A stretch of 64,000 nt of DNA, from IMG/VR virus record IMGVR_UViG_3300027816_000057, one strand, 5' to 3'. The position numbers were made by a program, and so were the translations under genes. Positions 9,933 through 18,638 of this stretch are shown piece after piece (within the stretch, counting starts at the first letter, position 1; each line of letters begins with the position of its first letter). The notes beneath the pieces were generated by a model. The model saw only the letters and a list, made by a program, of their open reading frames with translations. It was not told the DNA's origin and did no database searches. The stretch is from a virus.

Positions 9933-10072
9933 TTTGGTTTATCCTAGGAGTTTTATTGTCTTTATTTGTTGTCTTTTGGTTTGCTCGTAAAAATACGCAA
10001 ACTCTAAATAATTTTTCTGAATCTTTTGTAAAATTTTGGAAAAATTTATATTCAAAAATCAAACGACGATAA
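9929..10072 (+). CDS. small single-TM membrane protein (47 aa, not in ORF track)
   Basis: MIWFILGVLLSLFVVFWFARK; ATGA overlap. Confidence 0.5.
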   Translation: MIWFILGVLLSLFVVFWFARKNTQTLNNFSESFVKFWKNLYSKIKRR

Positions 10073-10074
10073 AT

Positions 10075-10101
10075 TAAAAAGAGTTTTCCGTATGATATAA
10101 T
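10075..10101 (+). promoter_or_regulatory. Class E promoter, leaderless
   Basis: TAAA-N15-GATATAAT, ATG at 10108. Confidence 0.7.
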
Positions 10102-10107
10102 AAGCAT

Positions 10108-10602
10108 ATGGAAACTTCTAAGAAAACATATCGGAATAAAAGCGAAGAGAATTTCTTTGGGGTTTTGATTGAAAACCCAAAAGTTCCGCAAAATTCATCT
10201 ATCGTTTTTAGAACGGCGGTAGGTTTAGGAAATGTAGATTTTATCGGAACCGTTGGCACTAAATATCACGACTGTCATTCAAATGTAGTTAAAGCACAAA
10301 GAATTCTACCGTGCTGGAATTTTCCTGATTTTAAGACATTTCATGGACAACTACCTATGAATTGTGTTATTGTTGGTGCTGAAATTGATGAACGATCGGT
10401 ACCTATTGAAAATTTTGTATGGCCGGATCGATGTGTTCTTTTGCTTGGAAATGAAAAAGATGGTCTATCTAAAGAAGCTCGTAGCGGTTGTCATAAACTA
10501 GTTAAACTTCCAAATCCTAGAGAGTTGTCTTTTAATTTAGCTATGGCAGGTTCTATGCTTATGTATGATCGATATTGTAAACGTATTAAAGCGGGGTTGT
10601 AG
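10108..10602 (+). CDS. SPOUT TrmH/SpoU-family RNA 2'-O-methyltransferase
   Basis: ENPKVPQN..FRT, LLLGNEKDGLS and SFNLAMAG..MYD motifs. Confidence 0.9.
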   Translation: METSKKTYRNKSEENFFGVLIENPKVPQNSSIVFRTAVGLGNVDFIGTVGTKYHDCHSNVVKAQRILPCWNFPDFKTFHGQLPMNCVIVGAEIDERSVPIENFVWPDRCVLLLGNEKDGLSKEARSGCHKLVKLPNPRELSFNLAMAGSMLMYDRYCKRIKAGL

Positions 10603-10664
10603 CTCATCGGTAGAGCGGAAAACTGTTAATTTTCTGGTAGTAGGTTCAATTCCTACCTACCCCT
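10593..10664 (+). tRNA. tRNA-Asn(GTT), atypical (T6:T67 mismatch, T73, no CCA)
   Basis: GCTC/GAGC D-stem; GAAAA-CTGTTAA-TTTTC anticodon arm; GTAGG-TTCAATT-CCTAC T-arm. Confidence 0.85.
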
Positions 10665-10668
10665 TTAG

Positions 10669-10757
10669 GCGGGATGTTCCATGAATCCGACTGTAAATCG
10701 GATGAGTGTTATATATTCATGGTGGATGCTCGGAAAGTTCAATTCTTTCATCCCGCA
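10669..10757 (+). tRNA. D-arm-less tRNA-Tyr(GTA)-like RNA with a 30-nt variable region
   Basis: Perfect acceptor GCGGGAT/ATCCCGC+A73; TCCGA-CTGTAAA-TCGGA; GAAAG-TTCAATT-CTTTC; only 10 nt where the D-arm should be. Confidence 0.75.
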
Positions 10758-10789
10758 TTTAAAAATATCATTAAATCGGAGTATTTATA

Positions 10790-10969
10790 ATGAGAGTATG
10801 GGAATTAATAGAAAAACTATCTAAATACGATCAAAATATGCCTGTTAAAATTTCTGCATATGAATCTTTTATTACAGATGCTGGAACAGATCTAGGAGAT
10901 TTTATCGAAAAAGATATTGATGATATATATGATCTTGAAAGTAGATTAGTAATAAGGGGCGAATATTAA
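10790..10969 (+). CDS. small hypothetical protein (59 aa, MRVWELIEKLSKYD; not in ORF track)
   Basis: GGAG SD; common phage M(T/R)VxELIExL start. Confidence 0.6.
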   Translation: MRVWELIEKLSKYDQNMPVKISAYESFITDAGTDLGDFIEKDIDDIYDLESRLVIRGEY

Positions 10970-10990
10970 ACATTGAATTTTCAAACCGCT

Positions 10991-11016
10991 TAAATTTTTA
11001 AAAAAGGAGATATAAT
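10991..11016 (+). promoter_or_regulatory. Class E promoter
   Basis: TAAA-N14-GATATAAT, ATG at 11022. Confidence 0.65.
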
Positions 11017-11021
11017 AGAGT

Positions 11022-11339
11022 ATGAATACAAACATTTATCGTCGTTATGTTCGTCGTCGCAGGCGTGGTCAGGATGTTCCCGTAGGTCTTTTGGTTGCGG
11101 AACGTTTTTCCGAAACTGTGTTTAAACTCGGCTATAGTATTTGCCATAGTACCGACCAGTTTAATCGAAAAGAAGCTTTTGCCGTCGCTACCGAGCGACT
11201 AGTTAACGAACCTATTATTGTTGATCTTAGAGACAGAGATGATATCGAATTAGCTTTAACCAGACTTCCGCATTCGTTTGTTCGTCTCGCAGACAATTTT
11301 CTTACTCTGCAACGTGGTCGTATGCGTACAAGTCTTTAA
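11022..11339 (+). CDS. hypothetical protein (GYSICxxxDQFxRxxAxxxAxxR motif)
   Basis: ORF after promoter. Confidence 0.65.
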   Translation: MNTNIYRRYVRRRRRGQDVPVGLLVAERFSETVFKLGYSICHSTDQFNRKEAFAVATERLVNEPIIVDLRDRDDIELALTRLPHSFVRLADNFLTLQRGRMRTSL

Positions 11340-11349
11340 TTCACTAAAT

Positions 11350-11380
11350 GTGGCATCTTTAGCGAGGTGCCATTATTTTT
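11350..11380 (+). terminator. Hairpin/terminator-like element just before ruvB
   Basis: GTGGCATCTT/GAGGTGCCAT stem followed by TATTTTT. Confidence 0.55.
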
Positions 11381-12565
11381 ATGCCTGATATTGCCAATCA
11401 ATCTATCCGTCCAAAAAGTCTTGATGAAATTATCGGTCTTGAAGAAATTAAAACTTCGATTAATTACGATCTTAAAGGTGCTAAGATTAGAGGATGTGAT
11501 TATCCTCACTATATTTTGTCTGCGGCACCGGGGCAAGGTAAAACTACCTTAGCTGATATTATTGCATCACTCACCGAGGGTAATATTCATAAGGTGTTAG
11601 GAAACGATCTTAAATCATCAGATGATATTTACACCATTCTACAACAGGCAAAAGACGGAGATGTAGTCTTTGTAGAAGAAGCACATGGAATTAATAAGAA
11701 AGTTGATACCGTACTTTTACCTATCCTTGAAGAAGGTGAAGTAATAGGCGGTGCTAATTGGGGCTTGCTTAAAGCACCAAAAGTTGTTTTTATCTTTGCT
11801 ACTACTAATGCTGGTAGACTTTCTCAGGCACTTAGAAACAGATGTAAAGTATTGCAGCTACGATTCTATTCAGTAGATGAATTATGTTTAATTTTGAAGC
11901 GAGCTGCGACTATTCTAGGCTATCAGTTTGAAAATGCCGAAGCTCTTCGTTTACTTGCTCAGTCCAGCCGTGGTACACCTAGAACTGCGGTAGAACAAAG
12001 ACTAGAAGCGGTATTAAATGTTATGGCGGTAGATAGTCTGCCGTTTAGTATTGATACAGTAAAAAAGTCTCTAGAATTAAACGGTGTTAACGAGTGGGGT
12101 CTAGAACGTAACGATCTCAATTATTGTGAAACTCTATACAGAATCCAAACTGATAACGGTAATCGTCCTGTATCTCTAAAAATTATCAGTCAAACACTTA
12201 ATCTATCCGATGATGTAATCGAAATTATTGAACAGTATCTAAATCAAATTGGTGTTATTGTTATTACGTCGCGAGGACGAATACTTTCTGCTTTAGGATA
12301 CAATATTATCGGAAAAGAAAGATTACCGGAAAACCTAGAGATTAAAGGGGCGATTGATTTTATACCTAACATCAGTCCTAACATTAAAGCCCTTGCTGAG
12401 TCCTCTGACTTTGAAACAAGATTAAAGGGAGGCGAGTTTAAAACCATACGAGATATTTGTGTCGCATATGGTTTACGTTATGGTATCGATAATGATATTG
12501 TTAAAATTGAATTAGCTAAATACGGTTATAAATCATCTCAGCGTAGCGGCATCAGAAGTAATTAA
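11381..12565 (+). CDS. ruvB: RuvB Holliday junction helicase-like AAA+ ATPase with C-terminal extension
   Basis: IRPKSLDEIIG, APGQGKTT, VFVEEAH, ATTNAGRLSQALRNR, SRGTPR, TSRGR. Confidence 0.9.
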   Translation: MPDIANQSIRPKSLDEIIGLEEIKTSINYDLKGAKIRGCDYPHYILSAAPGQGKTTLADIIASLTEGNIHKVLGNDLKSSDDIYTILQQAKDGDVVFVEEAHGINKKVDTVLLPILEEGEVIGGANWGLLKAPKVVFIFATTNAGRLSQALRNRCKVLQLRFYSVDELCLILKRAATILGYQFENAEALRLLAQSSRGTPRTAVEQRLEAVLNVMAVDSLPFSIDTVKKSLELNGVNEWGLERNDLNYCETLYRIQTDNGNRPVSLKIISQTLNLSDDVIEIIEQYLNQIGVIVITSRGRILSALGYNIIGKERLPENLEIKGAIDFIPNISPNIKALAESSDFETRLKGGEFKTIRDICVAYGLRYGIDNDIVKIELAKYGYKSSQRSGIRSN

Positions 12566-12567
12566 TT

Positions 12568-13029
12568 ATGATACTTACTGTTAACACAAAAGAAAATACA
12601 AAAAATTATGACTTTTCTTGCGAAAATTGCGGTCTAACCGTAGGAAAAAGAACTAAAGAATGGTGTGACTATGCAGGTTATTCAGATCAAAAATGGAAAC
12701 CTAAATTTATAGTCAGATGTGATCGTTGCCATCAGATTCATTTTACTCATTTAATGAGAGAAATAGATAAGGAGTTTTACAGAAAAATGGAAGAAAGTAC
12801 TCAAAATAACGTTAGTCAACCAGTCGAACAGTCGGTAAATATTAATTGGTCAGAAATTGACACTCTTATTTCTGACAGAAAACTAAAACTTGCTGACTAC
12901 GCTAAAACCCTAAATATGGCGGTAAACGAATTTAGGCAAGCCGTAGTTGATCATTACGGCAGTCGAGTAGTCTTTAGACGCGGTAGAGGCGGCGGTGTTA
13001 TGTTTAACGATCAAGCCTCAAATGAATAA
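12568..13029 (+). CDS. Zn-ribbon plus winged-HTH-like protein
   Basis: CENC..CDRC; C-terminal helices ending in RGRGGGV. Confidence 0.55.
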   Translation: MILTVNTKENTKNYDFSCENCGLTVGKRTKEWCDYAGYSDQKWKPKFIVRCDRCHQIHFTHLMREIDKEFYRKMEESTQNNVSQPVEQSVNINWSEIDTLISDRKLKLADYAKTLNMAVNEFRQAVVDHYGSRVVFRRGRGGGVMFNDQASNE

Positions 13030-13318
13030 AAAAATAGAATTTATATTTAACAATAAAGAGAAACCGGAAATAGTATTTTCCGGTTCTTTTTCTTATTCAG
13101 ATTTTGCAAATATACTTTTATATTTTAGCAACGGTAATCCTTCTGATGTTATTTGCGATAAATTAGAATCTACTTTATCTCCTCTAGCTATAGAAAAAAT
13201 ACTTTCTAAGTATATGGGAAGTTTATCTAAATTAACAAAGAATACAAATCATCAAAATATAATTTCAGAATTAATCGAGGCTCAAAGACCGGCGATCAGC
13301 CCCAATAAAGAATAATAT

Positions 13319-13951
13319 ATGTTACACAACAACACGGTACAATTAATAGGGCATTACGGAAGTGATGAAATACATGCGTTATCGGCATGGACTTCAACAT
13401 CTAGAGAGTTATCAGACAGTAAAGTAGAGAGGATACCTGCGTTACTAAATATGCTAGCTAAAGAAGGTCATCATACACCTTTCGAAAAATCTTGTTTTCA
13501 TTTTTTAGTAACAACAGATGTAGCAAGCCATATACATTTAATAAAACATAGAATTAACGTTTCGGTAAATGCTGAGTCGGCAAGATATAAAGAATTAAAA
13601 GAAGATAAATATTACATCCCCTATGATTGGCCTGATAATTGGAAAAATAAACTAGAAGAATATACTGCACAAGGAAATAAACTATATCATGAAGCTATAG
13701 AGGATTTGACTAAGCAATACGGTTTCGACAGAAAAAGAGCGAAAGAATCAGCTAGATTCTTTAAAACTTACAATTCTCAAATTACATCAGATGTAATGTT
13801 TAATTTTAGAAGTTTTAATCATTTTCTTAGTTTAAGAAAAACAGAACATGCTCAAAAAGAAATTTTTTATGTAGCCTCAGATATGTTAAATCTAGTTAAA
13901 AATATACCTTCTAATCCGTTCAAATTTACTCTTGCAGCTTTTGGATATTAA
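13319..13951 (+). CDS. thyX: FAD-dependent thymidylate synthase
   Basis: GHHTPFE; HLIKHR..SVNAESARY; HAQKEI. Confidence 0.92.
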   Translation: MLHNNTVQLIGHYGSDEIHALSAWTSTSRELSDSKVERIPALLNMLAKEGHHTPFEKSCFHFLVTTDVASHIHLIKHRINVSVNAESARYKELKEDKYYIPYDWPDNWKNKLEEYTAQGNKLYHEAIEDLTKQYGFDRKRAKESARFFKTYNSQITSDVMFNFRSFNHFLSLRKTEHAQKEIFYVASDMLNLVKNIPSNPFKFTLAAFGY

Positions 13952-13953
13952 TT

Positions 13954-14487
13954 ATGTTCTTTGACAAAGACCCGGAAATTGTTTTTACGCATGTAGCTTG
14001 TCCCGTATGTCACGAAAAAACTGGACCAGATACAATCTGTTTTAACGATAAAGTAAAGCCTCAAACTATTAAAACCATAGATGGTACTTCTTTTACAGCT
14101 AGAAGCCCGTCGTGTCATTTTAGACAAAATAAACAAATTAGAGCTGAAACAAACTATACTGTTTCTAAAGCTTTAATAGATTATTTATCTGACAACACTT
14201 TAAATATTTCGTATATATCCGCACTGACTCCTTATTCTTTTGTTTTTTTTCCTGCAAATTTAGTACCGGAAGATTCTGTTAAAAATGAGATAGCTAATAA
14301 TTATCGTTCATTTATAAAACGACTGAATAGTCTAGAATCGGATTTAGTAGAAGATAAAAAAATTAATGTTGAAATAACGATAAATGGTAAAACTAAATCT
14401 TATAGTTTATTTAAAAGTTTGACGAACGAAATAGAGTCAATAAAAAATATAATTCCATTTGCCGAGATTAAAATAAATGATAAATAA
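13954..14487 (+). CDS. hypothetical protein (CPVC..C..H possible zinc finger)
   Basis: ORF. Confidence 0.55.
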   Translation: MFFDKDPEIVFTHVACPVCHEKTGPDTICFNDKVKPQTIKTIDGTSFTARSPSCHFRQNKQIRAETNYTVSKALIDYLSDNTLNISYISALTPYSFVFFPANLVPEDSVKNEIANNYRSFIKRLNSLESDLVEDKKINVEITINGKTKSYSLFKSLTNEIESIKNIIPFAEIKINDK

Positions 14488-15154
14488 ATACACTGAATGT
14501 TATCTAGGCGAATGCTTTGATTCTATGTTGATAGAAAAATTAGTTAAAGTTATATTAGATAACGGATATAAAGGAATAAGTCTTAGTCCATCAATTATAG
14601 ATATTGTTGGCGAATATACAAATTATCCAAATCTATATCTAAATCTAGATCATCCTTTTTCTTTTCATACGTCAGATATACGATTATTAGTACTAAAAGA
14701 ATATATTAAAAAATATAGCGAACTGATCAAAGGTATTAATTTAAGTCCGGTTTACTCGTTTTTAAATAATTGGTCAATTGAAAAAATAAGAGAAGATTTT
14801 GACATTATAGCAAAAATTTGTAATAAATCTAAAATAGAAACAAGAATGTTTTTAGATATAAGTTATTACTCAAATGATGTTATTTATAGAATAAGTGATC
14901 TAGCTAATCAGTCTGGAATAAACAGAGTAGTATTAGGATGTTTCAATAAAAAATATTTTAATCTACAAGATACTTTAATTCATATAGATAAGATCAAAAA
15001 GTTCTCTAATATTAAAACAGGTATATTTGGAGCGTTTGATTTAGATGAAACAAATGATTATAAGTACTTTTCAGAGTCAAATTTAAAGACAGGTAACGAC
15101 ATAATTTTTTTAAAACCTAAAAAAATATTATCAAATTTTAACGATAGTGTATAA
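14477..15154 (+). CDS. Degenerate DeoC-like TIM-barrel protein
   Basis: LDHPF..TSDIRL and overall spacing resemble DeoC; KTSTG motif absent. Confidence 0.45.
   Translation: MINKYTECYLGECFDSMLIEKLVKVILDNGYKGISLSPSIIDIVGEYTNYPNLYLNLDHPFSFHTSDIRLLVLKEYIKKYSELIKGINLSPVYSFLNNWSIEKIREDFDIIAKICNKSKIETRMFLDISYYSNDVIYRISDLANQSGINRVVLGCFNKKYFNLQDTLIHIDKIKKFSNIKTGIFGAFDLDETNDYKYFSESNLKTGNDIIFLKPKKILSNFNDSV
15147..15154 (+). promoter_or_regulatory. Class L promoter, leaderless
   Basis: GTGTATAA-N6-ATG(15161). Confidence 0.7.
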
Positions 15155-15160
15155 TGTATT

Positions 15161-15697
15161 ATGGCAGAAAGAACAATAACAAACGGTCAATCTCAAAATA
15201 ATCCTGTAGGATCGCTGAAATTTTCAGGGTCTGAAATACGATCAGAAATGTTTAATACTGTTAATTTAGGTAGTACTAGCGAAGCTAATACTTTAGTCGC
15301 TACCGGTGCTTTAGTTGGAATTCGATTTATTACTACTTCTGTAGGAATACCCGCTGTAACCGGAGAGATTAATCTTATTAATCATCCTTTGGGTGATCCC
15401 GGCAGACCAAGATTAAGCCAAGGTCTAAATATGCAAAACGTAAATCAAGTAGGCTTAATAGCTGGAGGCGGTCATGCCTCTGCAACTTTTGAATTTACCA
15501 GAGATCGACATGGTAGACTTTTCAGTATTGTTTCTAATACAGAGAGTAACGAAAACGATATGACGACCAACGTACAAGACGCTGATAGATTATCCACAGT
15601 TAATAATGATAATTCAGTATCAGCTAGAGGTTATTCAGCATCTGGCGTTGTTCAATACAGAAATGGTAATTCGATTACAAACTACAATATAGTATAA
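15161..15697 (+). CDS. Putative virion protein, paralog 1
   Basis: G/S/N/T-rich; shares LINxxLGDP, RDxHG and GYxxSGV..YxNG with the next ORF. Confidence 0.6.
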   Translation: MAERTITNGQSQNNPVGSLKFSGSEIRSEMFNTVNLGSTSEANTLVATGALVGIRFITTSVGIPAVTGEINLINHPLGDPGRPRLSQGLNMQNVNQVGLIAGGGHASATFEFTRDRHGRLFSIVSNTESNENDMTTNVQDADRLSTVNNDNSVSARGYSASGVVQYRNGNSITNYNIV

Positions 15698-15706
15698 AGG
15701 TTAAAA

Positions 15707-16207
15707 ATGTCAAATCAATTAATTAATAATTCTTTACCAAGAAACAATTTTATCGGTGTTACAAGATCAGCCGGTAGTTTAGATTCTAATCGTCAGGCAG
15801 GCGTTTCTGTTCTAGGTAGTAACTTAAGTGGCGATTTACCATTTCCTACAGGCGAGGGATTCTCTTTTATTTCCGGTGCCAGCGTTAGCGGTATAGAACA
15901 AACAGTTACTCTAATTAATAGAAATTTAGGCGATCCTAATAAGACTGGTCCTAAAGGCCAAGTTTCTAATAGAGTCGAGCCTATTGATATTGGCTACGGA
16001 TCAACTTCCGCTGCTTTCGTTAGAGATATTCACGGTAATATCGTTTCACAATCTGACGGTACTTTAGTTAGCAATACAGGTTTAAATCCTTATGTAGCTT
16101 TGTCCGCGACGGGTACGGATAATCAATCATTGATCGGCTACAATCAATCGGGCGTTTATAATTATAATAACGGTGCTAATGTAATTAATCTTAATATGAG
16201 GGAATAA
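15707..16207 (+). CDS. Putative virion protein, paralog 2
   Basis: Tandem paralog of 15161. Confidence 0.6.
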   Translation: MSNQLINNSLPRNNFIGVTRSAGSLDSNRQAGVSVLGSNLSGDLPFPTGEGFSFISGASVSGIEQTVTLINRNLGDPNKTGPKGQVSNRVEPIDIGYGSTSAAFVRDIHGNIVSQSDGTLVSNTGLNPYVALSATGTDNQSLIGYNQSGVYNYNNGANVINLNMRE

Positions 16208-16459
16208 TGTTTTATAGTTCTGAAAAAAAGTTAAGATTCGCCGATTTAAATGTCGGCGATTTTTTTGTAATGGAATATGAAGATAATGATAAATCGGAAT
16301 ATTGTCCTGTTTTAGAAAAAATATCTGATACATCATATAATATAGCTAGATGCGTACATCAACTTAAAAGAGATAATAGAGTATCTAAATACGGAAAACG
16401 TATTCTTAAATTAAGTGGTTCGTGCAGCAATAGTATTATTGTAAAATTTGTAGATAAAA

Positions 16460-16900
16460 ATGAAGTTTAAACTTATAGCCAAGCCGGGTTATATATCTAA
16501 AAAAAATAGAGAAATTCTAGACAAGCTAGATAAAGAATGCTTTAAATACGATCCTTTATATGAAAAAGAAGATTGTTATTGGTGGCTTTTATTTGATAAA
16601 AATCAGCCGGTAGGTTTTGCTGGTTTAAAAATAATCAAAGAAGAGAAATGTGCTTTTTTGTGTCGCGTCGGTATTTCTGAAAAGTATCGAGGAAAAGGGT
16701 ATCAAAAAAGATTTATTAAAATTCGCGAAAGACAATGTAAAAAATTAGGAATATACGATATAATAACCTATACTTATTATAAGACATTAAATTCTGCTAA
16801 TTCACTGATAAGTAGCGGTTATAAGTTATATGAACCGGAAAAACATTGGGCTTCTTTACCAAGAAAAGAAACCTTGTACTTTAAAAAAACTTTACTATGA
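16460..16900 (+). CDS. GNAT acetyltransferase
   Basis: PVGFAG, RVGISEKYRGKGYQ, NSANSLISSGY. Confidence 0.85.
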   Translation: MKFKLIAKPGYISKKNREILDKLDKECFKYDPLYEKEDCYWWLLFDKNQPVGFAGLKIIKEEKCAFLCRVGISEKYRGKGYQKRFIKIRERQCKKLGIYDIITYTYYKTLNSANSLISSGYKLYEPEKHWASLPRKETLYFKKTLL

Positions 16901-17532
16901 AATTAATTGTAACAAGCGATCTTCATGGCAATTTACCAGAAATTAGCCAAGATCATGATATCACTATTATTAATGGGGATATTTATCCTGATAAATATTG
17001 GGATTATTATAGAAATCTTGCAATACAAGAAGAATGGCATTATAAGAAATTTGTTCCTTGGCTTAAAAATTTAAAATCAAATCAAATTTTTATTTCGGCT
17101 GGCAACCATGATAATTTTATAGCACATAATATATGTTATCAAAATTGTTTGCCTGATAAATGTATTTATTTTGAAACTTCTGGAATTGAAGTTGACGGTA
17201 AGAAATTTTGGTTTAGTCCTTGGTGTCCCGATATTCCGGGTAGAAATTTTCCTTTTACTAATAGAAAAGAAATATTAGACGCTAACGCTAATTTAATACC
17301 AAAAGATGTTCATATTTTAGTTACACATTGTCCACAGTCTCATGTTTTAGATTTTTGTCCTATACAACAAAGACATTTTGGCTCTACCTCATTAACTGAA
17401 ATAATACCTTCTTTATCGGAATTACAGTTGCATCTTGTAGGGCATATTCACGGAATACAAGAATATATTGTTCACAATGGCAGATTCACAACGATTAATT
17501 CTGCTGAAAGAGTAATAGAATATATACTATAA
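16897..17532 (+). CDS. Metallophosphoesterase
   Basis: SDLH, GD, GNHD, THCP, GHIH. Confidence 0.9.
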   Translation: MKLIVTSDLHGNLPEISQDHDITIINGDIYPDKYWDYYRNLAIQEEWHYKKFVPWLKNLKSNQIFISAGNHDNFIAHNICYQNCLPDKCIYFETSGIEVDGKKFWFSPWCPDIPGRNFPFTNRKEILDANANLIPKDVHILVTHCPQSHVLDFCPIQQRHFGSTSLTEIIPSLSELQLHLVGHIHGIQEYIVHNGRFTTINSAERVIEYIL

Positions 17533-17803
17533 GGAATATATATGAATAATGATAATGAAAAAATAGCACAAGAAGTACAAGATTTAGGTAAAAAAATAGA
17601 AAATTTTGCTTTTTTAAGCACGGAAGAAATCCTTGGTCGATTAGAAAAAATTAGAAAAAAACTAAAGATAAAAGATTCACTAGAATCTTTATACCATGTT
17701 TATAGAGATCAACAGACTATATTAACCGAATTTGTAATTCAAGGTATGAATGTATCTAATAATCAAGTGGCTAATCATCAAGAGGAAGGATTTGAGGTAA
17801 CAG

Positions 17804-18235
17804 ATGAATAAAATAAAAATTAAATTAAATCATGCGGACGCGGTAATACCAGTAAAAGCTAACGAGGATGACGCCGGATATGATTTATTTGCAGCAACCG
17901 ATCCAGTATTTAATGGTCAATATTTAGAATATGATACCGGAATTTCTATCGAGCCTCCTTCGGGTTATTATACCGAAGTTGTTCCAAGAAGTAGTATTTC
18001 TAAATATGATCTATTACTATGTAATAGCGTTGGCATAATTGATCCATCGTATAGAGGTAATATTAAACTTCGATTTAAAGTTACTCAGCCTTATGAAAAC
18101 GCTCTAATATACAAAAAGGGTGATAGAATAGGTCAATTAATTCTTAGATCATTGTTGACAAGCGAGTTTGAGTTAGTATCTGATTTAACTGAAACATCAA
18201 GAGGAAGCGGCGGATTTGGATCAACTGGAAGATAA
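17804..18235 (+). CDS. dut: dUTPase
   Basis: AGYDL, PRSS, GIIDPSYRG, RGSGGFGSTG. Confidence 0.95.
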   Translation: MNKIKIKLNHADAVIPVKANEDDAGYDLFAATDPVFNGQYLEYDTGISIEPPSGYYTEVVPRSSISKYDLLLCNSVGIIDPSYRGNIKLRFKVTQPYENALIYKKGDRIGQLILRSLLTSEFELVSDLTETSRGSGGFGSTGR

Positions 18236-18638
18236 TATGCTTATTTCTTTAAAAGAAACAAAAGAAGTTCAAAAAACAATTAGTCATGTAACTATTCAAT
18301 ATCAATCTAGATATGATGATACCGCACCCGCCTACAAGGAAGATGCGATTGTTACTTTAAAAATTTCCCCTCATGGAAAAATTTTACAATCATCGTATCC
18401 AATTGAAGATGAAGTAAATATATTTGAAAAAGTTGTAGATTGCGGAACATACAGTATTAATTTTGGCAAATACGATTCTTTTATTATTGAGAATAATTAT
18501 GTACCATCTTGGATTCCCGGAAAATATGGTGATTATATTAATTTAGAAATTAAAAATGGTGTAATTACTAATTGGCTGCGATATTTTACAGAACAACATA
18601 TTAGAGAATCGTATGAGTCTCAAAACAATGATTTTTAA
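18216..18638 (+). CDS. hypothetical phage protein
   Basis: YVPxxIPGxYGDYIxL motif common in phages. Confidence 0.6.
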   Translation: MDQLEDNMLISLKETKEVQKTISHVTIQYQSRYDDTAPAYKEDAIVTLKISPHGKILQSSYPIEDEVNIFEKVVDCGTYSINFGKYDSFIIENNYVPSWIPGKYGDYINLEIKNGVITNWLRYFTEQHIRESYESQNNDF

